Shown in pieces: positions 36,536-50,579 of a stretch of DNA of 64,000 bases. Origin of the DNA: the human T2T-CHM13v2.0 reference genome, Homo sapiens. Each line of letters begins with the position of its first letter. Position 1 is the first letter of the stretch. Location of the stretch: assembly GCF_009914755.1 (NCBI RefSeq), contig NC_060925.1, one strand, 5' to 3'. Position numbers and translations under genes: made by a program. A model generated the notes under the pieces. That model was not told the origin of the DNA, did no database searches, and saw only the letters and a list, made by a program, of their open reading frames with translations.

Positions 36536-39500
36536 TGGGATGTGGGGAGGCTGCTGTGGAGACAAAAGCTGGAGAGAACTTGGTAGAGTAACCCAGGTCA
36601 GGAAATGGCACCTGCAAAGGAAGGCTGGAGTGCCTGGGATTCACGTTGAAATGGCCAATCCGTCAGCTGGGCTGGACACAGCCATCACGCTGGGCAGCTG
36701 TGAGGTTAAAACAGAAAGTCTGGGCTGTGGGGAGGCTGAGAATTGAGATGCATGTATGAGATGAGTCACGAGGGCCAAGTAGTGTGTGTGAGAAAGCAGG
36801 CACAGCACCACTAAACACTAAGGAGATTTCAGGGGAGTTACGGGTGGAGGGAGGACATCAGATCTACCCTGGAAGTTAAACGTGTTTCGAGTGCATTAAA
36901 TACTATGGGCCACAGACGCCTTGTCTCCATATCTACTCTTTTATAAATGAAGTAAAGTTCTTGGGAAATACTTTTCTCACTCTAAAGCTCACAATCTATC
37001 TTGCAAAAAATATTTTAAATTCCATCTCAAATAAGCCAGGGTGAAAAGGGAGCCTGTGCACCAGACACTGCCAGCCTTGCCTGGCTCTCGCCTTCTTGCT
37101 CTTCCTTCCCCACCTGCTGGGGATTTTCTTAACGATGGAGATGGGTTTGGGTTTGTCCTGCTGTGCTCTGCTCCCCATTCCCGGATCCAAGGTCCTGCCT
37201 CTGTCCTGTCCCCTGAGCCACCTCAGGGATGCAGGGTCCCCCACCTGGTCAAGTGCCCAGTGCTGTGTTGTCATTTGCAAGTTCTTCCTGTGACTGAACT
37301 CCAAATGGCACTGGGACTGCTGACTCCACCCACTGGACAACCCGTGTTCTTGCTTTTGGGGTTTCTGAAACAGCCCCAAGACTCTGGGCATCTTGATTTT
37401 GCTCCCATTGCTTCTCAGGACACCCTGCTCCTGTGGTTTGCAGCCCCGGCCTTCTCTTCGAGGACGCCTCTGCTCTTCTGCCTCACACTCGGATTGGACC
37501 TTCTTCAGCACAGCCAGTGGCCGAGGCTTCCTCCCTGGGGCTCAGTGGAGCAGGACAGATGCTGCATCCAAACTCTTCCATTGGGTTCCAGTCTGTTCCA
37601 GTCATGCCCTTGAGCCTCTAAAGCTCCTAGGTGAGAGACGTAGCAGCTGACAGCACTTCCCACTTGATTTGGGTGGACTCCAGCCTCCCCAGCAACAATA
37701 AGAGATCAAAAGCATCGTTGAGGAAGCAGCTTGCTGAAACGCTGAGTGCCCGCCACTCTCAGGTCAGGTGGGACCGGCAGGCCAGCATGAGTTCCTGAAC
37801 ACTTGGTTCTCAATACTGGCCACAGCCACACTGTAAGGGGAAACAAGAGGGCACTGTATGCAAACATCTCTTGAACTCTGGAGTCTGCTCACCTTCCTGC
37901 CTCAAGCCCCTCTCCCACGTGGTCCAGTCACCATTCTCCACAGAGACTACCCTAAAACCCAGCGACTCTCGTGTGCCTGCAGAATGGCACAGCCCGTTCT
38001 CATAGCAGCACTCCTGTTTAATCAGAGGGATGTTAACGACCAAGTCATATTTGCTCGATTTGTGTTCAATATATTTCATTTGTACCGATAAAACTTAAAA
38101 ATATCCCCACACATGCATTGCCTATTAAAGAGTATCTTCCAGGTACACCTCCCTTACACATCAGTTAACTTGATAATTTCTTCCCATTCTTGTGCAATAA
38201 ATTTCCTTCCTGATCAGCTCTGTCCAGCAGCAACAATAATCCACGTAGAGACATGCAAACTAAAAGTCCGTTAGTGGAGGCACGAAGCTGATGAGGCTTG
38301 GAAAAAAATGACCGATTTGATTAAAATTAGGACCCATGGGAGTGGAGCTCTGCCTATTTTAGAGGCAAAGTAAATGCCTGGGAGTCCAATCACCGACATT
38401 CTGTTTGAGGTTTCTAATCACAAGGAAGATGGAGAAAATGCAGAACAAGTGGTCAAGAACAGGGAGATAATAAATAGAATATTTATGGGCTGAGGAAAAC
38501 AATTACCAGGGGAAAGCCCAAGAAGCAAAGATGAACAGAGAACGTGCTGACTGCGCTCGTTTGGAAAGGCCTCATGGCCAAAGGAGGAGAGGCATTATGA
38601 GGAGCAGTGACCGAGTGGGCAGGACCCCCGGGGATCAGGAAAGGTGCACGGGGGGAGATGAGAGGCCTGAGCGGCTTCCCAGCGAAGGTTTTTGAAGCAC
38701 GGTTTGATTTTCTCTCTCCCCCTCACCATCCCCAGATTTTAGTTGTGACTATCTCCAGGTACATGGCTTGCGACAGGCGGTGTATAAAAACTAATGTGAG
38801 TTTAATTTTAAAACCTTAGCCATTTTCTGGAACTTAAATATCAAAGAGAAAATGTCCACATATGATGTTAATTGAGGTTTGTCTCACTGGTGATTTGTGC
38901 TGATTCAATTCCTGTTTCTTTTTTTTTTTCTTAAGGGGTCAGTTTTAGAATTGGGAGATAGGTGTATAACATATGACTATACAGCGCAGGTTGGTTTTTT
39001 AACATAGAAATATCTGCCTTTAAATGAGAACTGAAAACGGAGCTTCTTGGAGGCCACCTGCTGGTGGCAGTGATCTGACCGCTGTTTAAGCTTTCTTTGA
39101 ACTCCTTTTTTTAAAACAGCCTCCATAATCAATGGTGTACGATCTACTCTCGTGGTAAAACTTACTCAGTGAAGAGTGTGTTTTATTTTCTGAGGAGCTG
39201 AACTGTTCCAACCTGAGTATTCTGAATAAGGACAGTGGTCGAGCATGAGTGATGCCATCTGGGCTTAGAAATAAGTGGGCCTAAAATCTGATTGTTTTCA
39301 TACATTGTTCAGATATTGACGCAAATAGCAATTTATTTTGTAAAAAATGATTGGTATCCGGAACTTGCAACAGCTGTGTGTGGCTTGAAGGGAGATGAAG
39401 TGGTGAAGGCCTGGTTTCCACCGAAGCTCTCACAGCCCAGCCTTTCACTGTGTGGCCGGGGGAAGGGTGCTCCGGGTGGGGGACGGGAATGGTGGGACTG

Positions 39501-41146
39501 GGGATGCCACGGGACAAGGCTGCTGGCCTGGAAGGTAGTCACGTGGAGAACCGCAGGAGATGAGATTGGAAAGTAGTAATAAGCCATGTGGATAAGAACA
39601 GAGGAGCGGGTTTTAAGGGGGACGTCCTGAAATGCTGCTCATGTCGTTTCAGTTCCATAGACCACAGGAAATGCAGGTGAGAGGGCAGCCCGGTGGGAAG
39701 GAAGGAAGAGGGTGGTGGTGAGCCAGGTGAGTGTGGAGCCGCCCAGGGCACCGTGCTGTGCGATAGCTCAGGCATCGGGTGCTTCTGCCAAACCCTTCAG
39801 CAGCTGGTTTGGGGCCAAACGTCCTTCCTGTGTGAGAGAAGGCAGAGCCTAGGCAGCATTCCAAACCCCATCCAGATGGGAGGCTGAGTGCAGAGCAAAC
39901 GGAGCCCAGCACTCCAGAGCCGTGTCCCTTCACTGCCATGATCACATCACAAACAGCGAGGCTTGGAGAGGACTTAAGAGCTCCTTCAATGCCATCTTCC
40001 ATCCACTGCGTGAGCCAGAATAGAAAAAAAGGAATAAGAAGAGGTCGGTTAAGCTCTCTATTAAGTTGAGAAAATGGGAACTTCAGGTGATCATGTGAGA
40101 TATTCAAGTTAAAAAAATTATTTAAAAAGCACATTCTTATTATTAAAATTTTAGAAAGTACAGAGAAGGAAATTTTAATAACCTACACCTAGAACACTAA
40201 GATACTGGTAACGTAGAAAAATGTGTAGTTAATGCCTTGATGGATTCTTTTCTATTTTTTTCTCTAGCAATATTTATGTCTATCCACAGAAAGCGTACAC
40301 TCATGTATTTGCATGGCTAATATATTTTATGTAAAGTTCTATATATTTCTCAACATTTCACTTAATATTTCTTTATAAACATTTTTCCAGTGAATAAAAA
40401 TTTTTCCAAACAGTAATTTTAATGACTATATAACATTTCATTGCATTTATATATCATTTGTTATTTAACTACTTCATCATTTTGGATTCACATATTTTCA
40501 ATAATTTCCATTATAATAATAATGTCATGAATACCTTTGTACAAGAATATTTATATTTCTAATTATTTCCTTAGTCTAGTATCCTAAAAACTAAAATTCC
40601 TACATCGAAAGGTCAATGTGTATCACGGCTCTTGATTGACATATTGATTTCCATGAAGCTTTCATCAATTAACCCATGAACAGTGTCTGCAAGTGCTCCT
40701 TGCCCCATACCTTCCACAATGTGGACTCTTATTGGAAGTATCTAAATTTCACTTCAGAATTGCAGCCCTGAGTTATTAAACACACCTCTACTACACCTAT
40801 GAAATTGTCTACAAATTGTCTTAGTTTCTTTTCAGCTTTGATTTCTAGAATTGCATGACATTGAAGACAAATGATATAATACCCATAAAGAAGGTTTTAT
40901 GACCTCTTTCATTATCTCCAACAATCAGAAAGGCAAATTCACAGTAGAGGGCTGAGAAATCTTATCTGAAAATTAACTAAAATGCTGCTTTTGTCAACAG
41001 AATTACTTGGGCTTCATTTCATTCCACAATTTCCTGTGTACTGTTTATTACAAGAAGAAAAAATTTCCTGCCATACAAAATGCTCCATGCAGGTAGAACC
41101 AGGAATCTAAAGAAACCTGAGGAAGGTGCTAGAATCATCACTACCA

Positions 41147-41148
<2 letters not shown>

Positions 41149-41188
<40 letters not shown>

Positions 41189-41471
41189 GAGACAGGGTCT
41201 TGCTCTTCACCCAGGCTGCAGTGCAGTGGTACAATCTTGGCTCACTACAACCTCCACCTCCAGGGGCTCAAGCGATCCTCCCACCTCAGCTTCCTGAGTA
41301 GCTGGGACCACAGGCAAACGCCACTGTGCCCAGCTAATTTTTAAACCTTTTTGTAGCAACAAGGTCTCACTATGTTGCCCAGGCTGGTCTTGGACTCCTG
41401 GGCTCAAACAATCGTCCCGCCTTGGCCTCCCAAAATGCTGGCATTCCAGGCAGGAGCCACTGTACCTGGCC
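41149..41471 (-). mobile_element. AluJ-like element with a 37-T tail
   Basis: T37 at 41149-41185, then GAGACAGGGTCTTGCTCT...GGGCTCAAGCGATCCTCCCACCTCAGC. Confidence 0.92.
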
Positions 41472-41761
41472 CCACCTTCTTTTTGCTGTAGGCTGAGCAC
41501 AGGAGAAGTTGAATTTATCAGGGAACCTAAAGACATGCCCTTCTTTGAAGGCAGAAGTCCTGTCCACGTCAAATGCCCTCCTTCCATCCCTCCCAGCTCC
41601 CTAGTCATCCTTCCTATTCTAGGCTCCAGGAGCGAGACCTCCTCCATGTGCCTGCTAACGTCAGTGCCACGGGCCCTCTTTGGTTCTCCTGCCCACCTTC
41701 TCTGACTCTGCCCAACACCCACGGGCCAGAGGCCCTTTTCCTTCTTGGCACTTCTCGGTGT

Positions 41762-42113
41762 TGTAGCAGGATGAGCCACGGACAAAACCCCTCAGACGCC
41801 GGGTTAAGGAATGATTTGGTTTTATTCGGCCAGGAGCTTCAGCGGACTCAAGTCTCAAGAACCGAACTCTCTGAAGACAGAGTTCCTGGCCCTTTTAAGG
41901 GTTTACAACCTTTAGGTTCCACGTGAAAGGGTCGTGATAGATTGAGAGCACATGCGTTTAGAGTGGGGCGGGGGGGTTAATCTTTTAACCTCAGGCCTGA
42001 TCATCAGGGGCACCAGCTGGTCTTGCCACTGACTTCATTCCTGTTGTTTTTCAACTTTTACTTCCTCCTCCTCTTCAGACAGGAGACAGTAAGAGAAATG
42101 GCCTCTCTCCTCA
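41762..42113 (-). mobile_element. ERV1 solo LTR of the HERV-E/Harlequin LTR2 group (short, 352 bp)
   Basis: Minus strand reads TGAGGAGAGAGG...CCCTTAAAAGGG...GGCCGAATAAAA...GTCTGAGGGGTTTTGTCC...TCCTGCTACA, with TG..CA termini and an LTR2-like U5. Exact subfamily uncertain. Confidence 0.75.
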
Positions 42114-42659
42114 GCGGCACAATGGACTTTAGACATCGCGCCTGTTTTGTACTCTCCAAGCCGGACTTCTCTACTCGCTGGCCTGGCGCTGATGCCCAGA
42201 GGCCCCCTGTGCTTGTGGTCGTGGCCTTAGACAGTTCCCTGCCCTTTGTAAGTACTAACTTAACTCTTGAATGTGGACGTTTTAAGCTGACTTTTCTTCT
42301 CAGCCCTCTGTAAGAGTTTCTAATCTCCCCATAGCAATCAATGTAATTGTTTTCACCCAGGGTGTTGGTCCTGGCTGCTTCGATTTTAAAGTAATCTCTC
42401 ATTTTGCTGAGGAGAATTTATTAGAGTAAATGACTGTTTTCACCTGTCATGTCACATTAAAATGTGGAGAGAACTGGTTGTAGGGGCAGTCAAACTGGCT
42501 GTGAGACCCTTCGAGCAGCCATGCATCTCCTGGACAGCTCGAACACTGATCAGGGAGGAGATACTGAAAATAAGAAATAAGAATTGCCTTTATATGTGTG
42601 TATGAGTATAGACACATACATCATGTACATGTATGTGTGTATGTGCATATGTGTGCATG

Positions 42660-43160
42660 TGAAGATGGATAGATGATAGATACATAGGTGATTTATGTAT
42701 AGGTAGATGACAGATATTGGTAATTAATTGATAGTAGATAGGTTGATAGTATATAGGTGATTGATAGATGGATGATAGATCATTGATAGATGATAGGTAG
42801 ATAGTAGATAGATTATAGGTAGATAAATAGATGGATGATGGATGGATGATAGATACTTGATTGATAGATGATAGGTAGATAGTAGATAGATGATAGATAA
42901 TGATAGATGATAGCTAGATAGTAGATAGATGTGATAGGTAGATGGTAGATAGAGATGATGATAGATGGATGATAGATGGATGGATGGATGATAGGTGATT
43001 GATAGATGGTAGATAGGTGGATGGTAGAGATGGCAGATAAATAGATGGATGATGGATGGATGATAGAGAGCTGATAGTAGATAAGGTAGATAGTAGATAG
43101 ATGATAGATGGATGGATGATAGATGATTGATAGAGAGATAGAGAGAGAAGGATGATAGAC
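42660..43160. repeat. Degenerate (GATA/GGAT)n simple repeat
   Basis: Directly visible TAGA/GATG repeats. Confidence 0.92.
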
Positions 43161-46100
43161 TGAGCATCATAACTTCACTGAATGCTACCAGTTGGATTCA
43201 AAAGTCAGCAAACTGAAACGTCGAATTTCAGCCAGCTATCAGAAATATTGTAATCTGACAACAAAAGATAAACAAGGGAACATGGAAGTGGCAGCTATTC
43301 CAGAAGCTGCACCTCTCAGCATGGGCACAGAACCACAGAAGTGGAGCCAGAGTCCTCTCCACATCTCCTCTGGGTCGGCGTTATCATTGTCACAATGGGT
43401 GGAGGCTGGACCTTGTGAAGGCAAAGGCATACGGTGCTTTCTTGCTTCTGCTGTTTGGTGACTCCCTTACTCATTCCCTCTGCGGTGGCTGAGGGGCTGA
43501 TGATCAGTTCCTCTGCCCAGAATGCCCTGACCATGCTGGGTGTCTGTCCTCCCTAGACCTGGGTCTGCAGGATGACAAGGACCCTGCAGCAGAAACTCCT
43601 CTGTCTCTTCCCTGAGCACTGTCTTCCATGCTGCCTGACTATGGTGCTGGTTCCCCTCTGATATGGAGATTGGTGGAGAATGACCAGGATATTTTATGTG
43701 GCAATGGGGGTTGAAGCCCACTTCAAAATGGCTTAGGATAAGTGACCAAAAGTCCCAGTGTGAGCATCAGGCATGGCTGGATCCAGGTGCTCAGCACCAT
43801 CTGGAAATTTGTCTCCATCTTTGACTCTGCTGTCTCTGTGTGGGCTTCATTTCTAAGATGGTTTTCTCTGCACAGCTGTAACAAAGCTCAGGGCTTGCAT
43901 GATGCTTTGCAGCCAGTACATCAGAGAGGACTTTCCCTCAAGACTTCTGGCAAAATTTGGGGTAACATGCTGTTCTTGCTGGGGTCAGGAGCCGTCTTGC
44001 ACCAATCTCAGAGGCCAGGGGATGGAGAACTCTCCTAGGGTAGTCCCAGGTTCTGTGCCTCCCCGGAAAACACAAGGTCGGAGCCTCCCCATCCAAATTA
44101 ATGCTCAGACTGTCAGGGAGGAATGACTTCCAAAGAAAAACCAAGGGCCCTTATGAAGAAAAGGAAGGGGTGCACCTACAGTTGCCAGTTCTGTTTGGAA
44201 GTGAGGGAGGGGAGGGCAGATTCCCTTGGCTTGTTCCCTAGGACAGCTGTACTTAGGTTTTACTACACAGTCCACTGAAAATGCTTCTCTCATTAGTGTT
44301 GTGCCTCTCTCATGCCTCTTTCCTTGGATAAAGAGCAAGCACATTACGAGCCACACTTGGTGCTGGTGCTGTGGCATGCAACACTACCTAATGCGAGAGA
44401 AAGATGTGAGCAAATATCCGGAATATACAAATATAATACAAAAATACAAATATAATCAGTTATACAGCAAACAGCTGTGGGAACAGCAGCTCTGCTTGCA
44501 GGGTTGGGTAGTGGAAGGTTTCAGAGTTGATAGCATTTGGATTGGGCTTTAAAGTATGACTAGGAGCTTACCAGATAGAGAAGTGGTGTTTGGACGTTGT
44601 ATGAGAAGGAAACACAATCTGAGAAGGTGTACCATCCTAAGTGAATCTGTCACAGAAGCGAGAAGATGCTGTGTAAACCGGAATAATGCTTGTGTGCATG
44701 GATCTTGATCCCTTCGTGAGCAATAAATGATTTTGTGAATAAATTGAAGAATGCTGAATTAGATCATAGGGTGTGTTTGCCGGGGTGGGGAGAGAGGAGA
44801 GCGTCGAAACTGGGGAAGTGGGGAACCAGAGATGGCAAAGCCTGGGACTTCCAGCTTCACCCACAGGACGCGAGGAGCCTCATCAGTATCACCCGCACAA
44901 GCAAGCTCCCATGAAGGCAGCGGTGTCCAGGCTCTGTCGCGTCCTTTCTTTGCAGCCTGGGCCTTGGTTTCTTGCAGGTGCTGTGCCCAAAGGTTAGATT
45001 GACAGATGTGGCCGTGTCTATCAGGGAACATGGACTGAGGCCAGTGCTTTCAACCACACTCACTTTTCACTGTGTTCAGAGGGGGTGGGAAATCTCCCCT
45101 AAGGAGGAGATACGACGTGTGCAGATTGAGAGCTGGGACCACACGGATTCCTCCAGGGGCAAGGGCTGGTGACCTTGCAGTAACTTCCAGAGGCCTCAGC
45201 ACCCTCCTCTGCACAATGGTGGTGGGCTAGCCAGGGCACCACAGAAAGGGCCAGCAAGGCACACCCTCGTCTATTGCCCAGGCACACATGGGCATCCATG
45301 ACAGCCATGCATGTGTTAGAGCCCGACCAGAGCTGCAGCCTCCTTTGGCTGAGGTTGGAAAAGCGGAGATGTGTTCACAGTTGGAGAATTGGTATGCCTT
45401 ACCCAAGTGACATCCCTGTCCTTGGAAACTTATTCTGGGGTCACAGAATTAATTCCCCAGGATTGGGTGTCACGAGGAGGTGGTTCCTGTGGCTGAAAAC
45501 CACCAACACCTCCTTTCCTGGAACATTTCCCTCCTGGCATAGGGCAGTTCTCATGCCAGAACATCTTGGGCCACAAAGAACCTTTAGGACTGAGCATGTC
45601 CTTCTGTTTGCTTTAAGCTTTTAAGAAAAAGAATATGCAAAGGCTGATTGAGGCAAAAATAACAGGCTATTTCTGACGTTCATTCAGAATGCCACCTAAC
45701 TAGGCCAGTTTTTGGACTGTATGCCAGCCTCTTTCTGCGGGATGTAATCTCAATGTCTTTAAGTTCAGTCAGTCCTATAAATTGCTATCCCTATTCATGC
45801 AGTGTGTTTTCCCCTGTGTGAGGCATTTGTGAGTTCCATTAGCACTGATAGGACTTTTAAATGCAGAAGCAGCAGTGAAGGGAATGGCATTTCCCAGCTG
45901 TAGGGCACGGGCCTTCTTTGAGATAAAAACCCACCCTGGCATCGATGACATGGGAACTATTCTGTGTCTTTTCACCTGAGAGCTCTTCAATCAACTGATG
46001 ATCGCACCTGCATAACTGCTACCAGACCTGCTAAGGGGGAGCCTGGCCCAGCCATCTCTTCTTTGTGGTCACAAGCATGAACGGCCCTGGGACATCCTCT

Positions 46101-47254
46101 TTCCTCACTGTCCCCTCACAGCATTTCCTGACCACTGTGGCCTTGGTCCCACCACCCACCTGTGCAGCTCATCTGGCCATGAACCTCTCCAGCTCACAAC
46201 TCTGTTTTCTCCCTGTTGTTTCTATGAAACCAGGTTCCAGCCCCGCCACACAGTCTGCACGGCCTCCACCGCAGCTCTGGTGAGCCTCTTGGCCAGCTCC
46301 TGGTGACAGCGTGCACCTCCCTGCTCTGAGAAGGTCTCCCTCTCCTCTCTGCCCACCCTGTACAGAGACATCTTTCAAGCCCATCCCAGAGGAGAGTGGC
46401 CTCTCTCCTCAACCCCAAGAGGACGGCCTCTCATGTGGCTGTCACCCATCTGACCCCTATCACAGACCTGAGGGTAAGTGGTGCTCACGGGCCCACATCT
46501 GTCAGCCTGCGCCTGGTTGGAGACGCCTCCCTCTCATTTGTCCTTGCTTGCTGCGTGACTTTGGCAAGTGCTTGCCTCTTTGAGACCCTCAGTTTTCACA
46601 CCTGAGAAATAGAAAGGTGGTGCCTGCCCCAGCTGCCACGCAGAAGAGTTTAGGTGGCATGTGAGAAAATGCCTTATGAACTACGATGTGAGCAACTGCA
46701 GCATGCTGTGAACACCGCTTTCATGAGCTCCTCAGGGGCAGGGTAACACCCAAGCATTCTTACACCTCCCACCGGGCTTGTCACGACCGTATGCAAATGA
46801 AGGCCATCAAGCGTGTTTGATCAGTGATGTATTTCTTTATTTTTAGTTGTAGAATATGACAACTCTATTTTTAGCAGCTATAGCGGCCAAAACTTTGTTA
46901 CCACTCAGCAGTTGTGTGTTCTTCAAGAGTAGGTTTTGTGCTTTCAAAATATCTGAATCCTCTACCATTTACAGGTGTTCTGTGCATACTTGGTGTATGA
47001 GTTCCTCAGGAAGGAAGAAAAATGTGCCCTTTTTATCTTTTAAAAAGATGGCTTGGCTTGCTACTCCTTTGCCTGCATTCCTTCTCTGTATTTAGAAACG
47101 AACCTACACAAGTGAAGGCAAAGGAAGCCTCTTGAAAGATAAGGCAGGAAAAATGAGGATAGAAAACAAAACCCTTCTAGAGAGTTTACGTGGAGGCTAC
47201 CACGGGCATCGCTGCTCTGCAGTCTGTCAACCAGAGGCCCCTGGTGCTGCAGCA

Positions 47255-47420
47255 CGGCCTTGGCAGCTTCACCAACAGGAATGTGTTCTCCTAGGGTACT
47301 GGAGGGTGGCAGTCCCAGAGCAAGGTGTGGCAGGGCTGCTCCTCCTGAGGCCTCTCCCTGGCTTGCAGACGACATCTTCTCCCATGTTCTCATGTGGGCC
47401 TCCCTCTGCACACGTATATC
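47255..47420 (-). mobile_element. MLT1B/C-like LTR fragment running into a VNTR
   Basis: Clear reverse-complement similarity to the LTR at 25110-25280 (GTCCCAGAGCAAGGTGTGGCAGGGCTG...CTCCTGAGGCCTCTC). Confidence 0.8.
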
Positions 47421-48166
47421 TGACATCCTCCCATGTCCTCACACGTTCCTCCCTTTGCACTCGAATCCCGGACATCCTCCTATGTCTCACGTGGTCCTCT
47501 CTCTGCACTCGAATCCCAGACATCCTCCTATGTCCTTACATGGTCCTCCCCCTGCACTCACATCCCTGACGTCCTCCCGTGCCCTCACATGGTCCTCCCT
47601 CTGCACTCACATCCCTGACATCCTCCCGTGCCCTCACGTGGTCCTCCCCCTGCACTCACATCCCTGACGTCCTCCCGAGCCCTCACATGGTCCTCCCTCT
47701 GCACTCACATCCCTGACGTCCTCCCGTGCCCTCACGTGGTCCTCCCCCTGCACTCACATCCCTGACGTCCTCCCGAGCCCTCACGTGGTCCTCCCCCTGC
47801 ACTCACATCCCTGACGTCCTCCCGAGCCCTCACATGGTCCTCCCCCTGCACTCACATCCCTGACGTCCTCCCGAGCCCTCACGTGGTCCTCCCTCTGCAC
47901 TCACATCCCTGACATCCTCCCGAGCCCTCACGTGGTCCTCCCCCTGCACTCACATCCCTGACATCCTCCCGTGCTCTCACGTGGTCCTCCCCCTGCACTC
48001 ACATCCCTGACGTCCTCCCGTGCCCTCACATGGTCCTCCCCCTGCACTTGCATCCATGACGTCCTCCCATGCCCTCACGTGGTCCTCCCTCTGCACTCAC
48101 ATCCCTGACGTCCTCCCGTGCTCTCACGTGGTCTTCCCCCTGCACCTGCATCCATGACGTCCTCCC
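47371..48166. repeat. 49-bp VNTR, ~16 copies (TCACRTGGTCCTCCCYCTGCACTCACATCCCTGACRTCCTCCCGWGCCC)
   Basis: Period 49 (TCAC at 47585 and 47634); more degenerate at the left edge. Confidence 0.95.
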
Positions 48167-50579
48167 AACAGTGAGCACGATATGTTATTGGGGTGGGTGT
48201 GGGATAAATAAGGTATACCAGGTGAGAATAATAAGAAACTCAACTTTAAAAGACGGTGCTGATTTGGACTGTGGAGAGATTCAACTGCCCTGCTTAGCAT
48301 TTGAGATTGTGATGGATGAACTAATTAAGAGCCCAAAATGAAAGCTTGGGATAAATATCTGAGGGTGTCTAATATCCCAATTTTTCATCCTAGAGTGGGC
48401 AGAGTCCTTGACCGCATTCTAGGGAGACTTCCAAAAGAAAAAAGACCTGCATTTCTTCAACAACCCACACTGAGAGACTTTCCTGCACTTCTGACCTGTG
48501 GCTAACACTCCTCACCGTTCATTCTGTCATCAGTGTTTTGGGGAAGCACCTTTAACTCTCTGTGATTTACAGGTTATTAAGTGGCCCTTACAATTCCCTC
48601 CAGAGATGGAAAAGACATGATGATGGTGTCTGAGCTCACAGCAGCAAGCAGGCGTGTGTGCTCAGCAGCCACGTGGCTCATCTGCTGGGAGCTTGCTAAA
48701 TACGATGTTCTACAACATTGCCTAACACAAGGGGAGACGCTCCTGACTCAGAGTGTTTAATTGCTCACCTACTTCTTTTTCTGCCCTCTTGGGCTTCTGA
48801 AATGAAAAGAACCCTGGGGTGATACAGTGAGTCAAAGGGGTGCCAGCTGCATCACAGCAAAATAGATTCCTAAAAAATCCCTGGCCTAAGATGATACCCT
48901 TGGCTGGATAAGTTTGAATGTGCTCATAGTGGACATGGTAGAATGAAGGTGGTTGAAATGTTCACATTAAAGAACTTCCACCCAGATTGCAAGAAAAGAG
49001 AGAAGAATGGAGACGGCAGCACGAGTCCCTACAATAAAAGCAGATGTTTTGAGATCAGTTATATTTCTTCTGACAAAAATTAAAGACAGAAACCAAAGTT
49101 TAGCCTGAGGCTACAATTAATTGGGCAATAAGCCAGAGGCACATATGGCATAGACAGATTTAAACATTTCTCCCTGATATTAATACAAATACTAAAATTA
49201 CAAATACTTTGATTCCAAATAAAACAAATATTTAAAAAATTTAATGAATAAACACTGGGGTCTACAGTAGTATTTGAAGGACAGCTCACAAACAGGTTTG
49301 GTTTTTGAAGGTTAGAACTGGTGGTCTAGAGAATTCATTTCATTCCAGAGAGAGAAAGAGAGGAATTTCTTGGGTTCCTTCAGGAATGCGTCTAGCTTTG
49401 CCTCATCTTTGTTTGAACTATGGATACGGCAGAAGAAAACATGAGGATTTCACAGATTTAAGGTGCAAAAAGTCACTGGGTTCTCTAAGAAGTCTGGGAT
49501 TCTTCTGCTGGAAAAATAAGTTTGTTGAGAAAAAATGAGTTGGAGGAGGCTGTTATTGAAGTGAAGCAGAATTGTTTTTACTAATCTGCTTATTACCCAC
49601 TCTGTAGTATGGAAACAAATTATTCATGCACAAGGTCCTCTTGCTGTTCCTAGAATGCAGTGGAAAGAGAACAGATTAGTTTTCCTCCCTCAGAACACAA
49701 TCCCTAGAAACAACCTACCTCAGATGAGATATTGCCTAATTATTTTCAAAAGACAGTGAAACATCATGGATGTAAATGTTTGCTGCAAAATAAATACATG
49801 CTAGAAACAGAAGCATCTGGGTCACAGCTATATTAGAGCTGCCTGTGTTCCCCTGTCACTGACATTAAAACAAAAATGTCCAATACAATCATTCACAGCG
49901 TGGGAGAGGGGAAGATGAAGGATGGAAAGGCCAGGCATAAAAGGATTTCAGAATTTCGGTCCATAAGGAAGTGGCTTTGTGCATTGTCTGTTACTATGTG
50001 CAAGGTGAAGTTTGAAGAATGAAAACGTGCAGTAACAAAGGCTGCTTTGTCCATCTCACCTCCCCAGATACCAAGTTTCAGACATGTTGCATTTTAATTG
50101 AAAGGTTGATATAATTTTTTAAAAGAACACTTGCGGTGTTTGAAGTGACAAAGGCTGCTGTGACAAAAAAGCAGGGAAAGGGAATTTAAAAAAAAAAAAG
50201 CAAACAACAACAACAAAAACCCCACAGAAAAGCAAACAACAAACAAACAAAAAACAGAGGAAGAAGTCAAACACCCTGGGCTGTGGCTACTTCCAGGAAG
50301 GGGCTACAAGAGGCAGTTGGAAATTCTATTTGTTTTGCAACTGTGGGTTTTCTGGCCTGCTTCCTTTCTAAAGTATATTACTCTGCTTTTGGTTCATGAA
50401 GTTATCCATTTCTGTTTTCTGGAACAGCTATGTATTTATCTATCATCTATCTATCTACCTGCCTATCATCTATCTATCTATTTACTATCTATCTTTTCTA
50501 CCTTTCGCCATCAAGAGCTTCAACACCTGGACACATTCCGCAAAGTTTCCTAAGAAAGCAAGAAAAATAATTAAAAAAA

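Larger units (their letters stand above)
34360..40415 (+). ncRNA. LINC01128: LINC01128 long terminal exon (end approximate)
   Basis: Acceptor TTTTTATTTATAATCAACAG| at 34359; AATAAA at 40393-40398. Confidence 0.65.

Noticed and set aside
41149-41185. 37-T homopolymer as a sign of a very recent Alu insertion
   Set aside because: The Alu body is diverged and J-like, so the tail more likely expanded secondarily.
42724-43170. 148-aa Ser/Ile/Tyr/His ORF
   Set aside because: Translation of the (TATC)n simple repeat.
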